Assembly (NCBI GenBank): GCA_001002765.1
Contig: LCMS01000004.1
Location: forward strand, 68,775-132,774
Reading direction: 5' to 3'
Source: Candidatus Uhrbacteria bacterium GW2011_GWE2_46_68
GTDB taxonomy: Bacteria; Patescibacteriota; Patescibacteriia; UBA9934; GWF2-40-263
Length of the DNA: 64,000 bases
In this document: in pieces, positions 48,036 to 57,306 of the stretch
How positions within the stretch are numbered: the stretch's first letter is position 1
Layout of the letters: the number at the start of each line of letters is the position of its first letter
Translations under genes and position numbers: made by a program
Notes under the pieces: model-generated
Databases searched by the model: none
What the model saw: only the letters and a program-made list of their open reading frames with translations
What the model was told of the DNA's origin: nothing

Positions 48036-48233
48036 ATGAAAAAATTTCATGGAAAAATATTTTATTTTGTCTTCACCATATTGTTTGGTGCATTCACGTT
48101 CCTCTATGGGGAATTTGATGATAGCCCCGGTGGCCAATTGATAGGATTGGCGGCGGTTATTATTGGCATCATAGGTTCGATGCGTTCATTGCGCGCGGCA
48201 AGCCGCATGGGACGAACGAACAAAAAGTCATAA
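48036..48233 (+). CDS. small membrane protein (2 TM)
   Basis: 65-aa hydrophobic ORF immediately downstream of repeat B. Confidence 0.3.
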   Translation: MKKFHGKIFYFVFTILFGAFTFLYGEFDDSPGGQLIGLAAVIIGIIGSMRSLRAASRMGRTNKKS

Positions 48234-48240
48234 TAGTTTT

Positions 48241-49371
48241 ATGAAAATTGCAACAAACATTGGACGTGATGCTTTTGGTGGAATCACTATTTCCAACCTT
48301 GCCCTTTTTGATTGGCTCGAAGACAAAGAGGATACTATTGTTGGTATTGAATACGTAACTTCAAGACATTTTTTAGGGGCGGTAATCTTTCGTCGTTACC
48401 TTCCCTCGTTTTTCAGTCATCACATTATTAACGGTATAGATATTATTCCCCGTTTTTCTTGGGAGAAAAGTGGCAATCTCAGAAAACGTTGGAATATCTT
48501 AGTCGAGACAACAAAAAATGTTTTACGACAAGAAGCACCAGATATCGTTTTGATTAATGGGACATATTTTGCCCCTTGGATACTCGCTATTGCAGCACAC
48601 GAGCTCGGTATTCCCATTGTTTTACGATATGCGGGTGTGTTACAAAGAGAAGTAGGTCATAGACCTTTTTTTATTAAAAGACGTCTTTTGTCTTATGAAA
48701 GATGGTTGGCATCAGCGGCCAACTCTATCATTTTTCCCTCAACTCTTTGTCAGATGGTCGTAGAAAAGGAAATAGTAGGACATGCTGTGAGACACAGTGT
48801 CGTAATACCAAATCCAGCCACATCAGGTTTATTGCGCCATCAAAAACCAAACAGTCGTTATGTTATAGCCGCAGTCGGTCGTTGGTCACGAATAAAAAAC
48901 TTTCAGGCTTTTATCACGCTTCATCAATCGTTGTTAGAAAAGAAGTTTCCACACCAAGCAATCATGGTTACTTCGTATTGGGACAAAAAGTTCGGTATTC
49001 CAGAAACCATTGAATGTAAAGATCCCATGAGTCAAGAAGATCTTCAAAAGTTTTATCGATCAGTTGATCTTCTGATTGTTCCTTCACTTTTTGAAACTTT
49101 TTGTAATGTTGCGGCCGAAGCATTGGTGAATGGAAGTTCCGTTCTGGTTTCTAAAAATGTGGGTTTTGCCGAAATACTCATCAAGGCTGGACTTAAACGT
49201 ATGGTGATTGATTCGTTTGATTGTCCTGAAAAAGTTGTATTAGCGATAAAACGATTGGCTAAAATAAAACTTTCAGAAAAAGAAAGAAAAAGGGTCGTCG
49301 CTTTGCTCAATCCGCAAGAAATACATCAAGACATTCTTAAGACGCTTGTCGGAGTTGTGAAAGGAAAATGA
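48241..49371 (+). CDS. glycosyltransferase family 4 (GT-B fold)
   Basis: C-terminal IVPSLFETFCNVAAEALVNGSSVLVS matches the GT4 E-x7-E region. Confidence 0.65.
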   Translation: MKIATNIGRDAFGGITISNLALFDWLEDKEDTIVGIEYVTSRHFLGAVIFRRYLPSFFSHHIINGIDIIPRFSWEKSGNLRKRWNILVETTKNVLRQEAPDIVLINGTYFAPWILAIAAHELGIPIVLRYAGVLQREVGHRPFFIKRRLLSYERWLASAANSIIFPSTLCQMVVEKEIVGHAVRHSVVIPNPATSGLLRHQKPNSRYVIAAVGRWSRIKNFQAFITLHQSLLEKKFPHQAIMVTSYWDKKFGIPETIECKDPMSQEDLQKFYRSVDLLIVPSLFETFCNVAAEALVNGSSVLVSKNVGFAEILIKAGLKRMVIDSFDCPEKVVLAIKRLAKIKLSEKERKRVVALLNPQEIHQDILKTLVGVVKGK

Positions 49372-49482
49372 TGAATTGTATGAAAAAATATTTTTTAGCA
49401 CTCCCGAGTCACTGTTTTCAAATCACTTGCGATGTGGGTCCAGGAAAATTTTTCAGATTCGTCTGGAGATTTTCATTGTCCG

Positions 49483-49491
49483 TGATAGAAT
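49483..49491 (+). promoter_or_regulatory. extended -10 promoter box TGATAGAAT (third copy of conserved 21-nt box)
   Basis: TTGTCCGTGATAGAATGACCGT, preceded by a small hairpin plus T-tract, 30 nt upstream of the 49522 start. Confidence 0.45.
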
Positions 49492-49521
49492 GACCGTAAG
49501 TATTTTTAACCCATTTTTCCT

Positions 49522-50088
49522 ATGTCTAAACGCATCTTCTTTATTCCGCTCCTGGTTTTAGTTTTGATCGGTGCCGGATGCCAGACAAACACCATTCAAG
49601 ATGATAGCGACACCGAAACAACTCTGGGAATCACATCAGAAACATTTGAAAGTGAACAGGGAGATTTTTCTTATACACTTACGTGGAACACAGGCCTTCT
49701 TTCTTTATCTGAAAAAGTCTCTACCGAAGCTTCAGAGCATGCCCCTTCTTTTGCCGTTGTCGGCGGCGGAAACATTACGGTGGTCACAGGCCTCATGGAT
49801 TCGCCCGAATATCAAATGTCCACCTTTATCAATGATATGTATTATGAGGGGGATCGAGAAAAAATTTGGTTATCTGAAGTCGTTCCCTCAGAAGCCGGTA
49901 TGAATAATCCCGTTTATTTTTTCTCCCAACCAGTTGATTGGAACCCTGCATGTATCGTTCAATACGGTGCTATCAAAGGGTTGAACGAAGCCTTATTAAT
50001 ACGTTTGGAAGATTGTGAGGGCAATGATATGAAATCAAGTGAAGCATTTCATGATCTCTTGAGCGATCTGATTATCACGAGAAAATAA
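49522..50088 (+). CDS. putative lipoprotein
   Basis: Signal peptide MSKRIFFIPLLVLVLIGAGCQ with lipobox-like GAGC. Confidence 0.4.
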   Translation: MSKRIFFIPLLVLVLIGAGCQTNTIQDDSDTETTLGITSETFESEQGDFSYTLTWNTGLLSLSEKVSTEASEHAPSFAVVGGGNITVVTGLMDSPEYQMSTFINDMYYEGDREKIWLSEVVPSEAGMNNPVYFFSQPVDWNPACIVQYGAIKGLNEALLIRLEDCEGNDMKSSEAFHDLLSDLIITRK

Positions 50089-50225
50089 GTTTTACGAGAC
50101 AGGACACCACATGAGGTTCTCTTGGTGTGGAAAAAAGGACTGTGGAAAAAGCTGAAGGGGGTATTGTTGAGTTCATAGTATCTATGCTCTATGCTAAAAG
50201 CATTGAAAATGTATTATAAATCATA

Positions 50226-50600
50226 ATGATGAATTTTATGTTTAGAGAAAGAATGGTCACACAGGATTTGGGCTCAGAGATACCACACCATGATGTGGTC
50301 GATAGAAATTTAGAGTGTGGGGGAGGAGACGATAACGCAATCAGACGAATAAGAGAATTGATTCAGATCTATAATAATTTCAGTGATACTCAAAAGGGAG
50401 AAGAAGATATCAACAAAAATCCTGATTATCATGCAAAGCCCGGTGCAGAGCACGTAGATGAGATTTTGCGACTTATTGCCGGATTAGATAAGTCTTTGAA
50501 AAATGCAGAATCAATAGTCCTTGAACTCAAACGAGGAAATATTATGCCGCTTGACAGTTTATTGAATCCACGAGAAGTCCAGGGGCCAACCGAATTATAA
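50226..50600 (+). CDS. hypothetical protein
   Basis: 124-aa acidic ORF, no motif. Confidence 0.3.
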   Translation: MMNFMFRERMVTQDLGSEIPHHDVVDRNLECGGGDDNAIRRIRELIQIYNNFSDTQKGEEDINKNPDYHAKPGAEHVDEILRLIAGLDKSLKNAESIVLELKRGNIMPLDSLLNPREVQGPTEL

Positions 50601-50626
50601 TTTTTTTGTTTTATTATCCGAATGGT

Positions 50627-50653
50627 AAAAACACCGAACTAGTCGGTGTTTTT
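50627..50653. terminator. bidirectional rho-independent terminator
   Basis: AAAAACACCGA-actag-TCGGTGTTTTT. Confidence 0.6.
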
Positions 50654-50764
50654 ACGTAAGGATCCGAAAATGATTTATGCGGTGCGGGAGATATCTTCAA
50701 TAAAGGGAATTCCTTTTGCTTTGCAAATTTCTTTTTCCAAAGCGATACAAAGACGCGGATCCAT

Positions 50765-52237
50765 TCATGATGACACCTCGTCTTTGATGAGGGTGCCGAG
50801 ATCAAGGACGCTATCAAAGTGAATTTGTTTTACGAAGTCTTCGCTGTGACTTACAACAATCATGCAGCCTTTGTAGTCATTGAGCGCACGAGCGATGACA
50901 GGTAAATGGCGAAAGTTAATGTGATTGGTTGGCTCATCAAAAATAAGGAGATGTGGTTTTTGTAAAACGAATCGTGCAAAACAAAGCAACCCTTTTTGTC
51001 CTTCAGATAAGGCACCAATGGGGGTTGCAAGGACATCACCATTGAGAAGAAATTTTGCTCCTGTTCGGCGAATGGTTTCATTGTCCGGCACATCCATCGC
51101 GGTACACAGCGAGTCATAAGCGGTTTGTGTAAAATCGAGTCCTGAAAAATCCTGTTTATAATAACCCGTCTTTACACCTTCTGTGATAAGAGCTCCGGGA
51201 TTTTTTTCTTCGGCAAGCGCGCGAAGAAGCGTGCTTTTTCCAATTCCGTTTGGACCGGTAATGAGGAGATGATGACCGCGTCGGAGTATAAGATCAACGT
51301 TTACACAATGGGCTTCGTGATGACGAATTACTTTGACCGAGGTAAGACGCACGATAGGTTCAATGAAGGGTTCGGCAGGAATGGTAAAATCATCAATCGT
51401 ACGGTCATCGCGTCGTACATCCACCATATTTTCTTCCGCTTCCGCCACTTCCTCTTTTAATTTGCTTGCCAGTTTTCGCATCTTTCCTCCTTTGTGAGCA
51501 AAAAAGTTTACTTTGTCTTTGCGATCTTGAATGGTTTTGAGCAGTTGTGCATTTTTTGCACGATCACGCTCCACCCGAGCGGATATTTCTTCCACTGCAT
51601 CACAATAATTTCCATCATACTTTTCCACCTTGCCCGTAAAGATATCGAGATGTAAGACACCTTCGGTAAAACAGTTTAAAAAATCCGCATCATGAGAAAT
51701 GACCAATGCGGTTTTAGGATACAAGATAAGAAAGGCGGTGAGATGCTCGATGCCATCGCTATCAAGGTTGTTTGTCGGTTCATCCAGAAGCAAAATATCC
51801 GGCTCTTGAATAAGCGCATAGGCAAGAAGAAGCCTGGCTTGTTGACCGCCAGATAAACTACCGACGGTTTTATCAAGAGGTGTGGAAAAATTGACAGCTT
51901 CCAAAACATCATGAATGCGCTTGTCAAGATTGTAGGGAACCTGTGCAAACGCATGGGCAAAATAATCTCGTATGGTTTCGGGAAGATGTTCACGGGCCAT
52001 GACTTGTTTTGCAGTCGCGAGTGTCGCTCCTGGTAAAAGATGGATTTTTCCATGATGAGGTTTGAGCTCTTGGGTCATCAGTTTAAAGATGGTACTTTTC
52101 CCTGCGCCGTTTTGTCCCATGAGGGCGAATTTTGTATTTTCTCGCATGGAAAAACTCGCCTCATCTAACATAAGATTTTCCGCAGAGTAACCGAAAGAAA
52201 CTTCTTCAAAACGAATCACCACATTGTTTGATGTCAT
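50765..52237 (-). CDS. ABC-F family ATPase (EttA/Uup-like, two ABC domains)
   Basis: Two Walker A (GQNGAGKST, GPNGIGKST), two signature motifs (LSGGQQARL, LSEGQKGLL) and no TM domain. Start set at MTSNNVVIRFEEVSF. Confidence 0.85.
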   Translation of the reverse strand: MTSNNVVIRFEEVSFGYSAENLMLDEASFSMRENTKFALMGQNGAGKSTIFKLMTQELKPHHGKIHLLPGATLATAKQVMAREHLPETIRDYFAHAFAQVPYNLDKRIHDVLEAVNFSTPLDKTVGSLSGGQQARLLLAYALIQEPDILLLDEPTNNLDSDGIEHLTAFLILYPKTALVISHDADFLNCFTEGVLHLDIFTGKVEKYDGNYCDAVEEISARVERDRAKNAQLLKTIQDRKDKVNFFAHKGGKMRKLASKLKEEVAEAEENMVDVRRDDRTIDDFTIPAEPFIEPIVRLTSVKVIRHHEAHCVNVDLILRRGHHLLITGPNGIGKSTLLRALAEEKNPGALITEGVKTGYYKQDFSGLDFTQTAYDSLCTAMDVPDNETIRRTGAKFLLNGDVLATPIGALSEGQKGLLCFARFVLQKPHLLIFDEPTNHINFRHLPVIARALNDYKGCMIVVSHSEDFVKQIHFDSVLDLGTLIKDEVSS

Positions 52238-52325
52238 AGAAGGCCCAAAATCTATCATATAAACGTAAAAAAGACGAGAACACACTTGGAGAAACACCTA
52301 TCCAACCAAGCGCATTTATTTTTTG

Positions 52326-52334
52326 TGATAGAAT
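52326..52334 (+). promoter_or_regulatory. extended -10 promoter box TGATAGAAT upstream of GATase gene
   Basis: tttttGTGATAGAATaat. Confidence 0.4.
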
Positions 52335-52558
52335 AATAAAGTTAAACAAGACGAACGACGATTCCATGATTTTAAAATAATTTAGTCTTAATGCGTTTTT
52401 ATGGCCAAAGGAAAAGATGCGCGGAAGGAAGTAAAGAAACCAAAGAAGGATAAAAAGAAATAAGATGTTTGCGTGAGGAACTTCAGAAGCAGATTCAAAA
52501 AATCTCCTCGGTCAACACGAGGAGATTTTTTATGATAGACTGCCATTATCTCATTTTT

Positions 52559-53320
52559 ATGCGCATTTTACTGATACAAATTAGACAAGATGCAATTTTA
52601 CAGCACGAATATAAGGCGATTATGGAAAAAATGCAGTTGCGATCTTCCGAGTTGATTTCGTGGAATATTTTTATGTCATTGACTCCTCCGGAACCGATCG
52701 AAACATTTCAAGCCATTCTCATAGGGGGGAGTGGCGCTTATTGCGTTTCGCTGTGGAATATTCCACAGGAGCTCGAGGCGATTACTCAAGTTGTGCGGAT
52801 AGCTTATGCGCGAGGGATACCGGTGCTGGGTATTTGTTTTGGATGTCATTTGCTTGCTCACATATTCGGGGGAGAAGTACAGATGGATTCTTTTCGACAG
52901 GAAGTGGGCACTTTTGAAATAACGAGTACAACCATTGCGACAAGCGATACATTATTTTCTCAATTACCAAAAAAGTTTTGGGCTCAAGAAGGACACAAAG
53001 ATCATGTGGTGCGTCTTCCAAAAGGAGCTATTCATTTAGCTTCCAGTGCGCTATCAAAATATCAAGCGTTTAGATTATCGGAGGGGTGTCTCTATGGAGT
53101 ACAATTTCATCCCGAACTTTCCAAACAAGACGTTCTCGTTCGGTATCAGATGTATCATCAAGATTATCAAAAAAATCAGCATGATGGTTTTGTCTCTGAT
53201 GCAGGATCTTCAGATGGGCAGAATGATCTCAATAGTTTGGCAATGGGAATATGTGAGGCGCCTGATGCCGAACGTTTTTTGTTGCTTTTTAAAAAAAACA
53301 TTGGGAAAAAGTTTTTTTAA
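52559..53320 (+). CDS. class I glutamine amidotransferase-like protein
   Basis: MRILLIQIRQD start; GICFGCHLLAHIFGG catalytic Cys elbow; downstream His (VQFHPE). Confidence 0.65.
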   Translation: MRILLIQIRQDAILQHEYKAIMEKMQLRSSELISWNIFMSLTPPEPIETFQAILIGGSGAYCVSLWNIPQELEAITQVVRIAYARGIPVLGICFGCHLLAHIFGGEVQMDSFRQEVGTFEITSTTIATSDTLFSQLPKKFWAQEGHKDHVVRLPKGAIHLASSALSKYQAFRLSEGCLYGVQFHPELSKQDVLVRYQMYHQDYQKNQHDGFVSDAGSSDGQNDLNSLAMGICEAPDAERFLLLFKKNIGKKFF

Positions 53321-53345
53321 AATATTTTTGATCCATGTCCTCTCT

Positions 53346-53969
53346 ATGAAAAAAATAAGTGCGATCGGATTTGATTGGGGTGGGGTGATTCTTCAACACA
53401 TTGACGGAAGTTTTGCCCATGTGGCCGCTGAGTATCTCCATGTGGATCATGAGTGTTTTCGACGCGCCTATTTTCTTCATAATCACATGATCAATAAAGG
53501 AGCCCAGAGCAAAGCGTTTGATCAAGCGACGGAAATGTGGCAAAAGATTTTGTTGGAACTTGATCGGGTTGATCAGTTGGATGCTTTTATGACATTTGTT
53601 CAAAGTCGGCCTAAAGGTGACGTCAGTCAGGAAATGATCGCATTGATTCAACAATTGAAGAATCAAGGGTGGAAGCTGGGACTTTTAAGCAATGCTTCCT
53701 CTGAAGGTGCACAACGCATAAGAAATCACGCATGTCTTGCTTTATTTGATGTCGCACTTTTTTCCGCAGAGATGGATTGTATGAAACCGGAACCCGAGGC
53801 GTTTCAAAAGTTCACTTCCGCGCTTGGCGTTCCATCACCTGAACTTGTTTTTATCGATGACTCAACCTACAGTCTTTCCACAGCAGAGGAGATCGGATAC
53901 ATTCCCATTCTTTTTCAAAACACCAGCCTCTTGAAAGATCAACTAAAAGCGCTGGGCATTAGCGTGTAA
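53346..53969 (+). CDS. HAD superfamily hydrolase
   Basis: MKKISAIGFDWGGVI (motif I DxDG-like); LLSNAS (motif II); FIDDS (motif IV). The N-terminal 100 codons of track ORF 53046 overlap the GATase gene and are rejected. Confidence 0.6.
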   Translation: MKKISAIGFDWGGVILQHIDGSFAHVAAEYLHVDHECFRRAYFLHNHMINKGAQSKAFDQATEMWQKILLELDRVDQLDAFMTFVQSRPKGDVSQEMIALIQQLKNQGWKLGLLSNASSEGAQRIRNHACLALFDVALFSAEMDCMKPEPEAFQKFTSALGVPSPELVFIDDSTYSLSTAEEIGYIPILFQNTSLLKDQLKALGISV

Positions 53970-54019
53970 AATCAAAAATCAAAGGTGGGGACAGAAGCGT
54001 CCCTGCTTTTGTTTTGGCG

Positions 54020-54028
54020 TGATAGAAT
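54020..54028 (+). promoter_or_regulatory. extended -10 promoter box TGATAGAAT
   Basis: ggcGTGATAGAATtaa, 23 nt upstream of ATG 54051 (short leader). Confidence 0.4.
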
Positions 54029-54050
54029 TAAAACAAGATCAAAAATCAAT

Positions 54051-55355
54051 ATGACGGAACAATCACACGAAGGAAGAGGAAATTTACCCGAGAGAGCTGA
54101 TGGAGACACTCGCCAAAAACGTCTTGCATTTTTGCGAGAAAAAATGGAAAGACTTTTTGAAGGAGAAAAAAATAGCGAATTGCGTCAGCAGATAGAACGC
54201 TCATTTTCGGTTCCGCAATATGGGGAGTACCACAAGGAAGGTTTGTTCATGGATAGTCATTTGCGACTTATCTTTCATACGATAGAGGCCGTGCGACAAG
54301 GAAATATTCCCGATACAGTATCTGAAGCAACGGCCACATCGTTGCAAAAAGCGCTTGTGCAAGATCCGGATATGGTAGAGCGTTATGTTTTTTTACATGA
54401 TATCGCCAAAGCGGATTGTCTCACTGTGAAATTTGCGTCTCTTCAGGCGGCTCAAGAAGCAGAGAGAACAACGGAAACGCAGGAAGTGTGTATGACATGG
54501 GCGCAATGGAAGGACTTTTTGGGTCAGGATGAAGTGGAGGCGAAAGTGATGGAAGAAGACGAACGCGCTATGCAAGACTACCTCGATTCCAAAGAAGTCA
54601 TGGGCATTTCTTACTATCATCCAGATCGTAAACATGGGGATGCCGGATCACAGATGCTCCGAGAGTTGTACCCAGGGGTTGAGGCAACCACACTCATAGC
54701 TATCGAGCATCATGAGGATGCGTTTCAATTTCAAAAAGTGGACACCGAACGATATCTGTTGATGTATGAGGCTATGAATAAAGAGGAGCGCGATTTTGCT
54801 CTCCTGGCAAGTTATGTAGACACGGCTTCCTCTTTTCGTTCCGATGGACAGCCCGACCTTTTGAATTTTTTAGCGCTCTCCGCGTCAAAAGAAAAAGTTG
54901 GTGCTTTTATGCGTGTACTGGAAGGGTTAGATGCTTCCACTCAAATGATTGAAGAAGCTTTTCGTATTTTTGTAAAAAATCGTTTGGAGAAGCGTAATAA
55001 TCCTCGTGAACCTATCACACAATTGCTGAAAGCATTGGCACAAGGACGTTTTGATGCAAATAAACTTATCAAGACGTTTGATGATTGGTTTTTTGGTGAT
55101 CAGCCCGTCCGAATGGAAGAAGTTCCATTGTTCATAGAACGATGGAACAAAGAGTGTACGCTTCCTTCTTTTGATCGAGAACGATTGAAACATGGTTTTT
55201 TGACTCTTGTGGAAGGCGCCTTTACACAAGAAGACGCGATCACATTAACCGAACTGGCCTTGATGGACGCAAGTCAAATCGGAAGACAATTCGGAAAAAA
55301 ACTTGGATCCCGCATGGCACACGTGCGGGAAATTCTTGAGCAATCAAAAAAATAG
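54051..55355 (+). CDS. HD-domain containing hypothetical protein
   Basis: LIFHTIEAV ... YVFLHDIAK suggests an HD phosphohydrolase-like H...HD motif. Start at internal MTEQSH. Confidence 0.4.
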   Translation: MTEQSHEGRGNLPERADGDTRQKRLAFLREKMERLFEGEKNSELRQQIERSFSVPQYGEYHKEGLFMDSHLRLIFHTIEAVRQGNIPDTVSEATATSLQKALVQDPDMVERYVFLHDIAKADCLTVKFASLQAAQEAERTTETQEVCMTWAQWKDFLGQDEVEAKVMEEDERAMQDYLDSKEVMGISYYHPDRKHGDAGSQMLRELYPGVEATTLIAIEHHEDAFQFQKVDTERYLLMYEAMNKEERDFALLASYVDTASSFRSDGQPDLLNFLALSASKEKVGAFMRVLEGLDASTQMIEEAFRIFVKNRLEKRNNPREPITQLLKALAQGRFDANKLIKTFDDWFFGDQPVRMEEVPLFIERWNKECTLPSFDRERLKHGFLTLVEGAFTQEDAITLTELALMDASQIGRQFGKKLGSRMAHVREILEQSKK

Positions 55356-55369
55356 TAATCAAGTCCATT

Positions 55370-55822
55370 ATGAAACTTCCTTTTTCTTTTTTCCTCCTTC
55401 TCCCTCTGATTTTTCTTGGCGTCGGGTGCACCGAAGATCTTCCCGAAGATCAACAGATTGATTACGAGGAAGATGTGAAACCACTTATTGAAGAGACACA
55501 TCCCACAACCAAGGTGCGTGGAAGCTGCAATGTGATCGCAACAGCGAGTCATTGCGAGGATTATATCGGATCCATTTGGACAGATCAGCAAATGCAATTG
55601 CATTGCGGTGGGACAGGGACATTTAGTTTTGATGCATGTCCCTATAGCGAAAATGGTGGTTGCCGCACAGGGGCGGAAACAATCGCGGAAAATATGATTT
55701 GGTCATACAACTATGGTGGTCAGCCGATCACAGGAGAGGATTTATATTATGAATCTCAATCCTGCGATATTTTGGAAGGCGCCGAGTGGGTGCTGCCCGA
55801 AGATCTTTTGCATAAGCCGTAG
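55370..55822 (+). CDS. lipoprotein, Cys-rich
   Basis: MKLPFSFFLLLPLIFLGVGCTEDL (lipobox LGVGC); 8 Cys in the mature part. Confidence 0.45.
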   Translation: MKLPFSFFLLLPLIFLGVGCTEDLPEDQQIDYEEDVKPLIEETHPTTKVRGSCNVIATASHCEDYIGSIWTDQQMQLHCGGTGTFSFDACPYSENGGCRTGAETIAENMIWSYNYGGQPITGEDLYYESQSCDILEGAEWVLPEDLLHKP

Positions 55823-55860
55823 ACACACAACGCTTATCTTTTTTTACGAAATTTTAAAAT

Positions 55861-56388
55861 ATGGAAGGTGCAGAGCGACATCAAGAGGTCACAGAACGTG
55901 AATCTGTGCAGGAGAAAACAGTAGCCGCTATTTTATCAACGGCTGTTTTTGAACATGATGAGAATAATCCGCGTATATTTCGTGTGCATCTTGCATATGG
56001 AAGCAAGCGACTTGATTGTTATGTGCTTAAAGACACAAAAGTGGCCGGAGCCATGATCGAAAGCGAACAAACGAAAGAAAAAAAAGAGGGAGAAACCTCT
56101 CTTCTTTACCGTGCGTTGTATCATGTATTGCGTGGGGTGGCGAATCGTCTGGGAGAAGCTTTATCCTATACGTTTGTCACGGAAAATGAAAAATTGATTG
56201 CTTGGGCAAACACGCACGGGAATGAAATTTTTCACTGGAAAAAAACAACGGTGGATCACGAAAGCTCGCTTGGATCTTTCTCTTGTGAGATTTTTCCAAC
56301 AGTGTCAAAAAGAAAGGCTCAACAACGAAAAACACATCAGAAGACAGAAATTCTTTTATGGGAAGTGCGAGAATATTTTCCTGGCTAG
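55861..56388 (+). CDS. hypothetical protein
   Basis: 175-aa ORF; its stop overlaps the left REP of the REPtron. Confidence 0.35.
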   Translation: MEGAERHQEVTERESVQEKTVAAILSTAVFEHDENNPRIFRVHLAYGSKRLDCYVLKDTKVAGAMIESEQTKEKKEGETSLLYRALYHVLRGVANRLGEALSYTFVTENEKLIAWANTHGNEIFHWKKTTVDHESSLGSFSCEIFPTVSKRKAQQRKTHQKTEILLWEVREYFPG

Positions 56389-57301
56389 GGGGTCAGGTCG
56401 TGAATCGTAGTGTTCAACATTTATTTTTCTATGACAAGACCACTTCGCATTGAATATCCTGGAGCATTTTATCACATCATCTCCCGCGGAAACGCGCATC
56501 AAGATATTTATCTTGACAATAAAGATCGACAAAATTTTTTAATGAATCTTCAGCATTGCCTCCGGTCGCACTCTCTCCGATGTCATGCTTATTGTTTGAT
56601 GAACAATCACTATCATTTACTTTTAGAAACGCCTAGAGGGAATTTATCTCAAGCCATGCGTGACATCAACGGTCTCTACACTCAAAAATTTAACAAGAGA
56701 CATAAACGTATTGGCCATGTTCTTCAAGGGCGTTACAAAGCTTTCCTTGTTGAAAAGGACGCTTATCTTTTACAAATTGCTCGTTATATTGTCCTCAATC
56801 CACTAAAAGCCGGTATAGTCAATCATCCAAAAAAATGGAGGTGGAGCAGCTATTCCATTACAGCTGGTCTTAGAGAGTCTCCAACTTGGTTTGACTCAAG
56901 TGTTATTCTTGCTCTTTTTACATCAAATAAAAAAAGAGCACAAAAGTACTATCGTCGATTTGTATATGAAGGTGAAAATGAACCTTTTCTTTACGAGAAA
57001 GGAAAGGGGGGTGTGATTTTGGGTAGCCAAGAATTTGCAGATCAGATTCGGAGAGAGTTTAAAAATAAGAAAAGTTCAAAAGAAGTTGTCATTTCTGAAA
57101 GAGTGATCAGTCGTCCAAGTTTAGAAGATTTATTTTTTCAGATAGATAATCAAGAAGAACGGAACAAGATGATAAAATTAGCTAGAATAAAAGCCTTTTA
57201 TTCCGTTACAGAAATCGCGAATCATTTAGGTTTACACAGAACAACCGTCAGTAAAATTTTTAACGATAAAACATGAATGCTACGATTCACGACCTGACCC
57301 C
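56388..57301 (+). mobile_element. REPtron: IS200-like Y1 (RayT-like) transposase gene flanked by inverted 22-bp REPs
   Basis: Left GGGGTCAGGTCGTGAATCGTAG (56388-56409) and right CTACGATTCACGACCTGACCCC (57280-57301) are perfect reverse complements. The same REP occurs at 32719 and relatives at 13155, 4533/4720 and 46451/47991. Confidence 0.8.
56431..57276 (+). CDS. rayT: REP-associated tyrosine transposase (IS200/IS605-like Y1 HUH transposase)
   Basis: YHIISRGN...HAYCLMNNHYHLLLETP (HuH) and RYKAFL (catalytic Tyr region) match the Y1_Tnp (PF01797) pattern. ATG 56431 chosen over the GTG at 56410. Confidence 0.8.
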   Translation: MTRPLRIEYPGAFYHIISRGNAHQDIYLDNKDRQNFLMNLQHCLRSHSLRCHAYCLMNNHYHLLLETPRGNLSQAMRDINGLYTQKFNKRHKRIGHVLQGRYKAFLVEKDAYLLQIARYIVLNPLKAGIVNHPKKWRWSSYSITAGLRESPTWFDSSVILALFTSNKKRAQKYYRRFVYEGENEPFLYEKGKGGVILGSQEFADQIRREFKNKKSSKEVVISERVISRPSLEDLFFQIDNQEERNKMIKLARIKAFYSVTEIANHLGLHRTTVSKIFNDKT

Positions 57302-57306
57302 TTTTT

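Noticed and set aside
53046-53345. First 100 codons of track ORF 53046-53969
   Set aside because: They overlap the 3' end of the GATase gene in another frame. The HAD motif I (FDWGGV) starts right after the internal Met at 53346.
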